A stretch of DNA of 64,000 nt from Saprospirales bacterium (GTDB lineage Bacteria > Bacteroidota > Bacteroidia > Chitinophagales > UBA8649), in assembly GCA_002708985.1 (NCBI GenBank), contig PAPS01000006.1, positions 2,187-66,186 of the forward strand, in the 5' to 3' direction. Made by a program: the position numbers and the translations under genes. Positions 1-9,418 of this stretch are shown here, in pieces. Position 1 is the first letter of the stretch, and every line of letters starts with the position of its first letter. The notes beneath the pieces were generated by a model. The model was not told the DNA's origin, made no database searches, and saw only the letters and a program-made list of their open reading frames with translations.

Positions 1-2085
1 GTAACTGATGCGACCTCATCTTATTTACGAGATATTGACGGCATGGGTATCTATGCAGCACGCAAGACAGAACGTATCGATTTAGATAAGGTAGCGGGCA
101 ATAAGGCCATTGGTATTCAACGACAGATTTATGCTAAAATAGCAGGCCTTAATGTATGGGAAAGTAGTGGGTCTGGTTTGAATACAGAGATTGGCGCCCG
201 AGGTCTTAATCCTGCTAGATCAAGTAATTTCAATGTGCGCCAAAATCAATACGATATTGCTGCAGATGCCATTGGCTATCCTGACGCATATTACGTACCA
301 CCTGCAGAGGCCATTAAGCGCATTGACATCATTCGAGGAGCATCTTCACTGCAATACGGACCGCAATTTGGGGGTACTATTAACTATCATTTAAAAGGAG
401 CAGAGTTAAGCAGTGGTTGGCGTCACGAAGTGCTTTCATCAATAGGTAGCTTCGGCCTCTTCAATCAGAGTCTAGGCTTTGGCTACGGGGGGCAGAAGAT
501 TGCCTTTTATACCTTCAGTAATTACAGACAAGGTAATGGATGGAGGCCAAATAGTGGCTTTCAAGTTGGCTTTAATCATAGCCAATTAGCATTTCTTATA
601 ACAAAAAATTGGACTGCGCAATTAGAGCACACTACCTATCTATATGAGGCCCAACAGCCCGGGGGGTTGACCGATGCACTATTCGCGCAAGATCCGAATC
701 AATCCATTCGCAGTAGAAACTATTTTAGAGTATACTGGTACTTACCTGCATTAACGCTCAATGGAAAAATTGGGAAAAATGGACGATTTAATACCAAGCT
801 TTGGATGTTACGTGCAGGAAGAGATGCTGTTGGCTTTCTCGGAAACATTGCACGCGTCGATTTAGGAGAAAATCGTGACTTACTAAGAGATACCTATAAA
901 AATATCGGCCATGAGAGCCGCTATATCGGTCAATGGACTTGGGCAGACCGTCCGCAAAGCTTTTTACTTGGTATTCGAAATTATTTCGGCAATACCACTA
1001 AACGACAAGGATTAACCGACTCATTAAGCAGCGCTAGTTACAATTATCTGTCACCTAATATTATTGATGGGTCGCAGTATAAATTTCCAAGTATTAACCA
1101 TGCACTATTCGCTGAACACATTTTTAGATTACCTAAGTCGTGGAAAATTGTGCCTGGCATTCGTTATGAAATCGTAGAAAGCAATGGAGAGGGATCTTTC
1201 AGACAATTAAATACGGATTTAGCCGGTAATATTCTTTTTGATACGATTATTAATGAGACATTTACAAGTCCTAGAAGCTTCTTTCTGTTGGGAATTGGTG
1301 TCAGCAAAACACTACAGAATGGACTAGACTTCTATGCCAATTGGTCTCAAAACTATCGCGCCATAAATTTTAATGATTTGCGCATTGTGAATCCAAATTT
1401 TCGCATTGATCCCAACTTAAAAGACGAAAGGGGCTATAATATGGATGTAGGTTTTCGTGGGAGTTATAACGGTGTGCAGTTCGATATTACCGCCTATTAT
1501 CTGCGCTATGCCAATCGCATAGGGTTTTTACTTGAAGTTGACTCACAATGGCTCACGACCTATCGCTTTCGAACGAATGTTGGTCAAAGTAATACCTACG
1601 GGTTTGAATCCCTACTCGAAATTGATTGGCTTCAATTAAAATCCCATGAAGATGAGACTCCATTATGGTCCCTCATAACGATGGTTAACTACAGTTACTC
1701 TAATGGGCGTTATGCTCTTGAAGAAAATCCAGCTATTGATGGTAAGAAAATTGAACTTGTTCCTCAGGGAATCTTCAGAAGCTCCTTTACGCTGAGCTAT
1801 GATAGCAGATACACGGTAGGAGCCCAGTGGTCTTGGACGGGCGAGCAGTTTGCTGATGCTACCAATGCCACTTTCTCCCCTGACGCCGTTCATGGTCTTA
1901 TTCCCTCTTATCAAATTTTAGATATTTACATGAAGGCTCGATGGAAACAACTCAGTACGGAAATTAATCTGAACAACGCACTTAACACCACTTACTTTAC
2001 ACGCCGAGCTTCAGGATACCCTGGACCGGGTATTCTTCCCAGTGACCCAAGAAATATAACCTTCAGTCTGGGATGGGTTTTTTGA
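1..2085 (+). CDS. TonB-dependent outer-membrane receptor; 5' end lies outside the window
   Basis: Track ORF 43..2085. Frame 1 has no stop back to base 1. Plug-like motif 'IDIIRGASSLQYGPQFGGTINY', long beta-barrel-type sequence, terminal '...SLGWVF' aromatic residue. Confidence 0.85.
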   Translation, partial: VTDATSSYLRDIDGMGIYAARKTERIDLDKVAGNKAIGIQRQIYAKIAGLNVWESSGSGLNTEIGARGLNPARSSNFNVRQNQYDIAADAIGYPDAYYVPPAEAIKRIDIIRGASSLQYGPQFGGTINYHLKGAELSSGWRHEVLSSIGSFGLFNQSLGFGYGGQKIAFYTFSNYRQGNGWRPNSGFQVGFNHSQLAFLITKNWTAQLEHTTYLYEAQQPGGLTDALFAQDPNQSIRSRNYFRVYWYLPALTLNGKIGKNGRFNTKLWMLRAGRDAVGFLGNIARVDLGENRDLLRDTYKNIGHESRYIGQWTWADRPQSFLLGIRNYFGNTTKRQGLTDSLSSASYNYLSPNIIDGSQYKFPSINHALFAEHIFRLPKSWKIVPGIRYEIVESNGEGSFRQLNTDLAGNILFDTIINETFTSPRSFFLLGIGVSKTLQNGLDFYANWSQNYRAINFNDLRIVNPNFRIDPNLKDERGYNMDVGFRGSYNGVQFDITAYYLRYANRIGFLLEVDSQWLTTYRFRTNVGQSNTYGFESLLEIDWLQLKSHEDETPLWSLITMVNYSYSNGRYALEENPAIDGKKIELVPQGIFRSSFTLSYDSRYTVGAQWSWTGEQFADATNATFSPDAVHGLIPSYQILDIYMKARWKQLSTEINLNNALNTTYFTRRASGYPGPGILPSDPRNITFSLGWVF

Positions 2086-2088
2086 ATT

Positions 2089-2529
2089 TCATTGCTTTGT
2101 TCCAATAATGATGACTTCATTAGGAGGACCTCCCCCCAACGTAACAGATAAATCAAACCTCAATTCATTATTACTGGTTAAAACCCCTTGACCTTGCCAA
2201 GTGGATTCAACTCCTAAAGGTGAAACCTGTGTTTGAAAAGGGATCAATACACGATTAGCCGGCGCATTATTCACAGTAAGGCTCAGGCCATCTAAAATAA
2301 GGCCCTCAATATTCGCAACATCTTTTTCAATAACAAAGTCTGAATCAAAGGTGTCTATGCCTATTTGATACCACGTGGCTAAATAGGTTCCCACGAACTT
2401 CTCTCGTACCTCCTCATCACATTGATCTCCTTCATACCCTTCAGGGCAGCCATTAGAGTCATCATTGCAAGCGTATAGAGCAACAATCATTGATATCAAT
2501 ATTATAGAACAGGTCAAGAACTTTTTCAT
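2089..2529 (-). CDS. hypothetical lipoprotein
   Basis: Signal peptide with lipobox-like 'MIVALYAC'. No recognisable catalytic motif. Confidence 0.55.
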   Translation of the reverse strand: MKKFLTCSIILISMIVALYACNDDSNGCPEGYEGDQCDEEVREKFVGTYLATWYQIGIDTFDSDFVIEKDVANIEGLILDGLSLTVNNAPANRVLIPFQTQVSPLGVESTWQGQGVLTSNNELRFDLSVTLGGGPPNEVIIIGTKQ

Positions 2530-2634
2530 AGAGATTTTCAGAAGAAATGTACAGATAATTTACCGTTTTCCAAACTGATACAGTGGTGATAAGACGGCTA
2601 GACGAAATATGGTACGACTACATGTAAACATCAA

Positions 2635-3126
2635 TTAAAATGCAATAACGGTTTCCCCACTACGCAACTTCTTTTTAGTATGACGACTCACCATAGACGC
2701 TCCAAACTCCTCATTGGCTATCCTACTTACTGCCTCCGCAAGCTTACCACTACCTACACCGTGAATCACTTTAATTTTCTTTAAACCCTGTACCTTGCTA
2801 TCTCGAAGAAATGCGCGACATGCTTCTATTTGGTAGTCAAAAATGTCTAATGCAGATGCCTCTTTTAGGCTTGGTTTGAGTACTTGAATATGAAGATCAA
2901 TACTGGGTAAAGGGGTCCTAGTCTTGTGAAAATTCCCGCGAGAATATTTTTTAGACGGTGACCAATCTTCATTGGTGTTGGGATCAAAATCTCCCATCAT
3001 CATACGCCTGAGTACCTCGGGATCAAAAGGCTTTGATTTATCTTCCACTTTTTTGAATTTACGAACACGAAGATTGACCGCATTGAAGCGATGTACGTTT
3101 AATGGCATCCATTCCCCCTTCAACAT
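2635..3126 (-). CDS. Smr (MutS2 C-terminal-like) domain protein
   Basis: C-terminal 'IKVIHGVGSGKLAEAV' fits the Smr core. The first 68 nt overlap the upstream gene, so the true start may be the Met triplet at 3003..2995. Confidence 0.65.
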   Translation of the reverse strand: MLKGEWMPLNVHRFNAVNLRVRKFKKVEDKSKPFDPEVLRRMMMGDFDPNTNEDWSPSKKYSRGNFHKTRTPLPSIDLHIQVLKPSLKEASALDIFDYQIEACRAFLRDSKVQGLKKIKVIHGVGSGKLAEAVSRIANEEFGASMVSRHTKKKLRSGETVIAF

Positions 3127-4462
3127 TAATCAACTTTGATAGACCAAGCCGCTTGAGCAAACTACATGCGATAACCGATCGGTACCCACCCTCACAATGC
3201 ACATAGATTGAATTTGTTGAAAAAGAATCTAATATCTTGGGATCTAACCAATAGTCAAGAGGCTCATTGATAGATCCAATTACATGATTTGCGCTATGCT
3301 CTGATTTCTTGCGTACATCTAAAAGTAAACCACCTTTGACTAAACCGGACTCCACGGCATTTGCTAGAACCGATTCTATCCTGTCCATAGCGCCACCATT
3401 ATTCTTCCAAGTGTCTATTCCCCCATTTAGAAATCCTTTTACATTGTCAAAACCAACACGTGCTAATCGCATAATAGCTTCTTCAACTTGATTTGGGTTA
3501 GCCACCAAAAGAATTGGTGTTTTCACATCTTTTAAAAGCGAGCCCACCCATGGAGCAAACTGTCCATCTAATCCTATAAAAATACTTCCTAGTATAAATT
3601 CACGTACAAATTCTTCCCGACTTCGAACGTCTAAAACAATCACTTTCTCTTCATTTGATAGCTTTTGAAATGTTTCGTAACTGAGTGCTAAGGCAGAAAG
3701 ATCAGGAAGATTTATCGTTTCGTAACCATGCTTATTCATACCGACGTTTTGAGGGAAATATGCCGGAGGTGACTGAATACCATCGGTAACTTCTTGGATA
3801 AATTCTTCTTTGGTCATATCAGAGCGCAAGGCGTAGTTCTCTCGCCTTTGATTTCCAAGCGTATCAAAAGTGTCAGTCGACATATTTTTACCACAGGCAC
3901 TGCCTGCCCCGTGTGCAGGATACACGATGACTTCATCATCAAGAGGCATGATTTTATTACGGAGGCTATCATACAAAATACCTGCAAGATCCTCCATTGT
4001 TAAGTCGGCTCCTTTTTGAGCCAGATCAGGCCGACCAACGTCACCTAAAAAGAGTGTATCGCCGGTAAAAATTGCTTCTACATTTGAATCATTATTCAGT
4101 AATGCATAGGTCGTAGACTCCATCGTGTGACCAGGGGTATGCAATACCTTGATCTTAGCCGCTCCAAAAGAAAGCACCTCATCATCTTGTGCAATGTAGG
4201 CGGCATAGGTCGGATTAGCTTGAGGTCCAAAGACAATGGTGGCTCCTGTTGCTTCGGCAAGGTGGAGGTGTCCACTCACAAAATCAGCGTGAAAGTGCGT
4301 TTCCAAAATGTATTTTATACGCACTCCATGCTCTTCGGCAAGCGCTAGATAAGAATCAATTTCTCGCAAAGGATCAATGACTATTGCCTCGGATTCACTC
4401 ATGAGAAAGTAGGCTCCTTGGGCAAGACATTTTGTATAGATCTGTTGGATTTTGGCGGGCAT
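3059..4462 (-). CDS. MBL-fold persulfide dioxygenase-like hydrolase fused to two rhodanese domains (Blh-type)
   Basis: Metallo-beta-lactamase motif 'HFHADFVSGH'. Two rhodanese-like modules follow, the last with the active-site loop 'CEGGYRS'. Confidence 0.8.
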   Translation of the reverse strand: MPAKIQQIYTKCLAQGAYFLMSESEAIVIDPLREIDSYLALAEEHGVRIKYILETHFHADFVSGHLHLAEATGATIVFGPQANPTYAAYIAQDDEVLSFGAAKIKVLHTPGHTMESTTYALLNNDSNVEAIFTGDTLFLGDVGRPDLAQKGADLTMEDLAGILYDSLRNKIMPLDDEVIVYPAHGAGSACGKNMSTDTFDTLGNQRRENYALRSDMTKEEFIQEVTDGIQSPPAYFPQNVGMNKHGYETINLPDLSALALSYETFQKLSNEEKVIVLDVRSREEFVREFILGSIFIGLDGQFAPWVGSLLKDVKTPILLVANPNQVEEAIMRLARVGFDNVKGFLNGGIDTWKNNGGAMDRIESVLANAVESGLVKGGLLLDVRKKSEHSANHVIGSINEPLDYWLDPKILDSFSTNSIYVHCEGGYRSVIACSLLKRLGLSKLINVEGGMDAIKRTSLQCGQSSCS

Positions 4463-4473
4463 AAAAATGGAGT

Positions 4474-5292
4474 TTAGAGAGATGAGATTTTATCAACTAA
4501 AATAAATACAGCCATAACTAGAACAAAGACTCCAAATCCTTTTTTTAGTTTTGGGGCGGGCACTTTCGCACTAAAAGGGAGCCCCACAGCAAGACCAAGC
4601 ATAGCAACAAAAGTAAACCCAATGAGAAAAGTCCAATCAATAATTAGGCTTGGGTTTGTGACATCCCCCAAAAAACCAATTAGTGATTTACTGGCAATAA
4701 TAAACATTGATGTTCCTACTGCGCGATGAATGGGAAGCTTGGCCAATAGGACGAGCGCAGGCACAATAATAAAGCCTCCTCCTGCACCCACTAAACCGGT
4801 GAGGACACCAACTACGGTGGCTTCAATGACTACTTTCAGCACACGTGATAAATCCCATTTCAAGTCAATAGAATCAGAAGTGTTATGCGTTTTTTTGCGC
4901 AACATAGAGATAGATGCAAAAAGCATAACAATCGCAAAAAGCAACATTATGGCCAAGTCTTTACTCAGGGCAACTTCTTCAAATTGAATGATTGTTTCTG
5001 GAATAGCCGGTACAATAACTTTCCGGGTAAAGTATACTGCAGCGATTGTCGGTGGGGCGAAGACCGTAGCTATCTTATAATCAATATTACCTTTCTGACC
5101 ATTGCGCAATGCACCAACGGCAGCCACCCACCCTACAACAAATAGGGAGTATCCTGTGGCTAGCTCTGCTGGTACACCAAAGAAATAGGTTAAAATGGGT
5201 AAGGCCAAAATGGAACCACCGGCACCTGTCAATCCAACAATCAAGCCAATAAATACCGCCGCTGTATACCCAATAAGCACAATTCCTTCCAT
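4474..5292 (-). CDS. TauE/SafE (TSUP) family sulfite/anion exporter
   Basis: About 8 TM helices with duplicated 'GAGGS/GAGGG' motifs typical of TSUP permeases. Stop of the ArsR gene lies 3 nt upstream. Confidence 0.8.
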   Translation of the reverse strand: MEGIVLIGYTAAVFIGLIVGLTGAGGSILALPILTYFFGVPAELATGYSLFVVGWVAAVGALRNGQKGNIDYKIATVFAPPTIAAVYFTRKVIVPAIPETIIQFEEVALSKDLAIMLLFAIVMLFASISMLRKKTHNTSDSIDLKWDLSRVLKVVIEATVVGVLTGLVGAGGGFIIVPALVLLAKLPIHRAVGTSMFIIASKSLIGFLGDVTNPSLIIDWTFLIGFTFVAMLGLAVGLPFSAKVPAPKLKKGFGVFVLVMAVFILVDKISSL

Positions 5293-5295
5293 AGC

Positions 5296-5598
5296 CTACG
5301 GATTGGATTTTAGCATACAATGAAAAAGGTTGAGCACCTCTTTTCTTGCCACTTGATAATACACCTGCTTTCCTTCTTTTACCGAGGTAAGAATGCCGTG
5401 TGCCTTCATTTTGGTAAGATGATGAGACATCATCGAAGCCTCACATCCACAAGATAATTTATCACAAAGGGTAGTGACATCAATCTTTGTGCTATCATCA
5501 AGATGAAGTAAGATCTCAAGACGAACTGGATGAGCAATCACTTTTAAGGTCTGCGCCATATCGTCCAAGGCAATGTCTTGTAGATCAACAACTTTCAT
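5296..5598 (-). CDS. ArsR/SmtB-family transcriptional regulator (BigR/SqrR-like candidate)
   Basis: Winged-helix signature 'LKVIAHPVRLEILLHL ... SHHLTKMKAHGIL'. Cys residues in 'LCDKLSCGC' and 'HCML'. Confidence 0.8.
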   Translation of the reverse strand: MKVVDLQDIALDDMAQTLKVIAHPVRLEILLHLDDSTKIDVTTLCDKLSCGCEASMMSHHLTKMKAHGILTSVKEGKQVYYQVARKEVLNLFHCMLKSNP

Positions 5599-5660
5599 CG
5601 CTATAATATATGAACATTTGTTAAATTATTAAATATTCATTTAGATTTTACTCATTTACT

Positions 5661-7823
5661 TTATCGAATAAGACTCAAGCGGCCGTATTGCGCTTGGCGA
5701 AATCCTGTATAGATGTTTTCTGAAACGATGTAAATAAGGTAGGTTCCTGCAGGTTGGTCCTCTCCATCCCAACGACCATTCCAAAAGTTGAGACCGTCAA
5801 TGGATGCCACCTCTTCACCCCAGCGGTTATATATTTTCTGTGAAACGACTTGGAGATTGGGATGTGGAAATACCTCATAGACGTCGTTTAATCCGTCGCC
5901 ATTCGGGCTAAAGGCATCGGGAAGCACTACAAGAATTCGATCAATAAACACCGATTCACAAGCTTGAAATAGGCAACCTTCTTCATCGACTGCATCTAAG
6001 CAAAACGATCTGCTGTAGGGCGGACTCACCAATAATAGGTTACTATCGGAACTAAGAAATCCTTCCCCCATATCCCAAATCCATTGAGCAATGGGCTCAC
6101 TCGAGGCTACGTTAGCCGTCACAGACGCGGTATCGCCAATTTGTAGAGGATCTTCAGGAAACTGATCAAAAGAGATCAATGCCTGATTTACCGTTATCAA
6201 TACATCAAAAGAAGAATCACAAGATCCTATGAGATCTTCGTAAGAAATCGTCGTAGCAATCAATGCCGTATTACTTGGTTGGTAAACGGCCGTTGATTCT
6301 GTCGAAGTATTGTCACTCCAAGACCAAATCAATGGATGACTTGCCATGGCACTTGCATCTAAAACAATTGAATCTCCAGGACAAAGAGTGTCAGATAAAA
6401 AAATATTATTTAATGAAATCGGCTGAAAGGGAATATTCATTCGAGATAATATTCGCTCCCCAAAAACCCTTCCTTGATCTCCTATACTTGCACCCCCTGT
6501 AATATCGTCACACGATGCCACAAGATTTACTCCATTTGCCCCTGGACTAAGGTCGACCACAAAGGACGCTGGAAGACTGCTTAAATTGGTAAGTACAGCA
6601 CCACCTCCACCACCACCTCCTGGTCCAGGGCAGCGTATACCGTCAAAAACATCCCCGCCATCGCCACCATGCACATCAATGGTGAGCAAGCCAGATAAAG
6701 TTTGTGCATCTAAAAAGATACTACCTCCTGCTCCACCACCACTTCCTCCATCATCATTTGTCGTTTGAGTTACTGAAGCACCGCGTGCCGTAATCTGTCC
6801 ATTAAGTCCGTGTATGGTTGGTGCAGATAAAATCACAATACCTCCGCCATTACCAGCATTGTTACCGTCCCAAGTTCCATCACCATTGCCCACATCAGCA
6901 GCACCACCACCTCCTCCCATAAACAGTCTGTCTCCTTGATTGGACGGGATCGAATCACCACCTAAACCACCTAAGCCAGCACTACAAAAGAATCCAGAAG
7001 AAAGCCCACCTTGGCCTCCTTGACCAGCATTACCACCGCCACCACCACCACAGTTATGGTCATTACCGCCGCCGCCGCCACTGCCATTTCTTCCGCGCCC
7101 ATATTGAATCCCAGCATCGCCACTTCCCTCTCCTTTTTCTCCTCCATTATCCAGTGATGGACCATCAAATCCCGGGAAACCAAAAATGCCAAAGCAATCA
7201 AAGTCGGGCTGCGCTAGACCACCCTGAAAGCCAGCTTCTGCAATACTAATCGTAGCCGCAATAGAAATGCTATCCTCAGCTTGAAAGGCGACAACACCTC
7301 CAGTTGTCCCATTCCACGGTTGTCCGGTGACCGCATTACTTACATTGGCTGAGGTGTATTTAGGAAAAGTGACAACTTGGACAGATTGACTAAGGTCATA
7401 GACTGCTTCAATGTTATGAATAAAACGCAAACGTAATTCTCCAGGATTTGAAGTAGTAAGTGCTTGACTTATCTCATGAATTTCATAGTATCCTGCCGTG
7501 GCTAAATCATTGAGATGCCTCCCATGATTTTGATCATCACTGATATCCCTTGGAGCACCTTGCATTTGAATAAGTATAACTTCATTTCCTGGAGCGGTAA
7601 AAACGCCGATCGACGAGGTTTGAATAACTACCTCGTTAGTACAATAGTTGAACGATGTGACCTGAGCATAATCATTGGGAAGGGGTGGGACAATCTCTTG
7701 AGCAAGCAGATTAGTCACCCCAAGGCAACAGAGAATCTTAACTAAATGACGTACCACAGCCACAAGTTGTTGATGCATTAGGATTTTGGTAGGTAAAACC
7801 ACGATTGGAAAGTCCCATTTCAA
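5661..7823 (-). CDS. T9SS type-B C-terminal-domain cargo protein with a poly-glycine-rich central domain
   Basis: C-terminus 'FSPNGDGLNDVYEV...IYNRWGEEV...GRLSLIR' matches the gliding-motility CTD. Central runs include 'GSGGGGGNDHNCGGGGGGNAGQGG'. The likely start is M at 7778 ('MHQQLVAVVRHLVKILCCLGVTNLLAQ' signal peptide), which still overlaps the HesB gene end. Confidence 0.8.
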   Translation of the reverse strand: MKWDFPIVVLPTKILMHQQLVAVVRHLVKILCCLGVTNLLAQEIVPPLPNDYAQVTSFNYCTNEVVIQTSSIGVFTAPGNEVILIQMQGAPRDISDDQNHGRHLNDLATAGYYEIHEISQALTTSNPGELRLRFIHNIEAVYDLSQSVQVVTFPKYTSANVSNAVTGQPWNGTTGGVVAFQAEDSISIAATISIAEAGFQGGLAQPDFDCFGIFGFPGFDGPSLDNGGEKGEGSGDAGIQYGRGRNGSGGGGGNDHNCGGGGGGNAGQGGQGGLSSGFFCSAGLGGLGGDSIPSNQGDRLFMGGGGGAADVGNGDGTWDGNNAGNGGGIVILSAPTIHGLNGQITARGASVTQTTNDDGGSGGGAGGSIFLDAQTLSGLLTIDVHGGDGGDVFDGIRCPGPGGGGGGGAVLTNLSSLPASFVVDLSPGANGVNLVASCDDITGGASIGDQGRVFGERILSRMNIPFQPISLNNIFLSDTLCPGDSIVLDASAMASHPLIWSWSDNTSTESTAVYQPSNTALIATTISYEDLIGSCDSSFDVLITVNQALISFDQFPEDPLQIGDTASVTANVASSEPIAQWIWDMGEGFLSSDSNLLLVSPPYSRSFCLDAVDEEGCLFQACESVFIDRILVVLPDAFSPNGDGLNDVYEVFPHPNLQVVSQKIYNRWGEEVASIDGLNFWNGRWDGEDQPAGTYLIYIVSENIYTGFRQAQYGRLSLIR

Positions 7824-8082
7824 AGTCTATTACAACGCCTTGCAATATTTCCCAATGCTCTTTATGAATTACAACATCTAACTCCTCAAAGGACCACTTT
7901 ATATCTCCTTCGGCCTCTGCCTCAAAATTGAGGATATACTCCATGCCAGCACAACCACCGCGCTTGACTCCAACCCGTAATGGAGCATTTTCATCCAATG
8001 CCAAACGCTTGAGTTCCTTAAGCGCCATTGGCGTGAAAGAGATCGGACAAGCAGATGCTAATGTTTTGAGGTTTTTTGCCAT
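7738..8082 (-). CDS. HesB/IscA-family iron-sulfur cluster insertion protein
   Basis: Size of 114 aa, 'RVGVKRGGCAGMEY' and C-terminal 'CGCGTSF' motif. Confidence 0.85.
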   Translation of the reverse strand: MAKNLKTLASACPISFTPMALKELKRLALDENAPLRVGVKRGGCAGMEYILNFEAEAEGDIKWSFEELDVVIHKEHWEILQGVVIDFEMGLSNRGFTYQNPNASTTCGCGTSFS

Positions 8083-8123
8083 AATCGACTGAATAAGAAT
8101 TAACTTAACGGAAAGTTACAAAA

Positions 8124-8672
8124 ATGGATAATTTAACCCTGTTCCTTTTACTAGGTATTTTGCCTGCAATACTTATCGGTGGTATCAGTTTAGCCATGGT
8201 ACATACCTTGACGAAAAAGCAAATTCGCAGAGAGGAAATTCAATTGAAACGAGAATTGGGAGAACTTGCTCGAAAAGACCTTATTCCTATTCGTCTCCAG
8301 GCCTACGAACGTATGGCGCTTTTCATGCATCGAATGTCTGCTGCGGAACTCATCGGAAGAACACAAAGTTCCAAAATGACAGCAAGTACTTTGAAAAAGG
8401 CTTTGATTACTACAATGCGCGCTGAATTTGAACATAATATTACTCAGCAAATTTATCTATCAAGAACCGCATGGGAGACTATTTATGCCTATCAGCAGAG
8501 TTTACGGCAAGTTATTGAGCAATGTTCAACAGATCTAGACCCCAACGCACCAGGCTTCGAATTGGGAAAAAGAATTTTAGCATTCTACATAGAAAATGAC
8601 CAAAACGTAATCACCACAGAACAGGTAATTACAAGACTACAAGTAGAGGTTAAACACATGTTCGACGTATGA
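8124..8672 (+). CDS. hypothetical N-terminally membrane-anchored protein
   Basis: One N-terminal TM helix followed by a helical soluble part. No recognisable motif. Confidence 0.5.
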   Translation: MDNLTLFLLLGILPAILIGGISLAMVHTLTKKQIRREEIQLKRELGELARKDLIPIRLQAYERMALFMHRMSAAELIGRTQSSKMTASTLKKALITTMRAEFEHNITQQIYLSRTAWETIYAYQQSLRQVIEQCSTDLDPNAPGFELGKRILAFYIENDQNVITTEQVITRLQVEVKHMFDV

Positions 8673-9418
8673 CCCATAGGCAAAAACTATTAGTCCTACT
8701 TGGCATTTCATTCTTTCTTCACGCCTGTCAAAGGTCCCTCCAATTTGTAAGATTCGAAGAAGAAAATATTGAAGTTAAGAGCGACAGCACGACACAAAAC
8801 ACCCTTGGCTCTTTAGACTCGCTTTTGCTTCCCTATCAAGAGATTCTTTTGGATAGCATGGCTCAACCCATTGCCCATGTGCACGAAGATTTGCTGAAAG
8901 CTGACGCCAATGGGAAACTGGGCATCCTTATGAGTAAGGCTATGATTAATCGAGCGGAAAACCTACTAAACCAGAAGGTTGACTGTGCCTTTATGAACCG
9001 AGGAGGCATTCGTGTTCCGGTGCTCAAGGCAGGTCCGCTAGCCCTTGGAAGGGTCTATGAACTTATGCCCTTTGATAATTACCTCGTGGTTCTTGAGATA
9101 CCCGGAGACAGCTTGCAAAAAGTACTTGATGTCATTGCCTTAAAAGGAGGATGGCCAGCCTATGGCATTTCCTATAAAATAGATGATCAAGGAGCATTCG
9201 ATATAAAGATTGATGGCATTCCCATCAATGGCCAGCAATTGTATCAAGTAGCTCTATCTGACTATATAGCCAATGGTGGAGATAAAATGGCGATTCTCAA
9301 GCAATTTGAGCAAAAGAATACGGGTTTAGGGTTACGCGATGCCTTTATAGAATATTTCATAATGATCAACCAATCAGACCAAGTCATTATGCCAGATCCA
9401 CATATTGTATTACGATGA
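8669..9418 (+). CDS. 5'-nucleotidase C-terminal (substrate-binding) domain protein
   Basis: Signal/lipoprotein N-terminus ('FFLHAC'). 'NRGGIR...LPFDN.LVVLEI.G..L' resembles the UshA-type C-terminal domain. Overlaps the next gene by 4 nt. Confidence 0.7.
   Translation: MTHRQKLLVLLGISFFLHACQRSLQFVRFEEENIEVKSDSTTQNTLGSLDSLLLPYQEILLDSMAQPIAHVHEDLLKADANGKLGILMSKAMINRAENLLNQKVDCAFMNRGGIRVPVLKAGPLALGRVYELMPFDNYLVVLEIPGDSLQKVLDVIALKGGWPAYGISYKIDDQGAFDIKIDGIPINGQQLYQVALSDYIANGGDKMAILKQFEQKNTGLGLRDAFIEYFIMINQSDQVIMPDPHIVLR

Noticed and set aside
6586-7201. Track ORFs 6586..6768 (+), rich in Pro, and 6971..7201 (-), overlapping the glycine-rich gene
   Set aside because: The Pro-rich + strand ORF is the antisense reading of GGN glycine codons (NCC gives Pro/Ala/Ser/Thr), and the second is an out-of-frame reading of the same tract. 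Both are by-products of the low-complexity coding sequence of 5661..7823.
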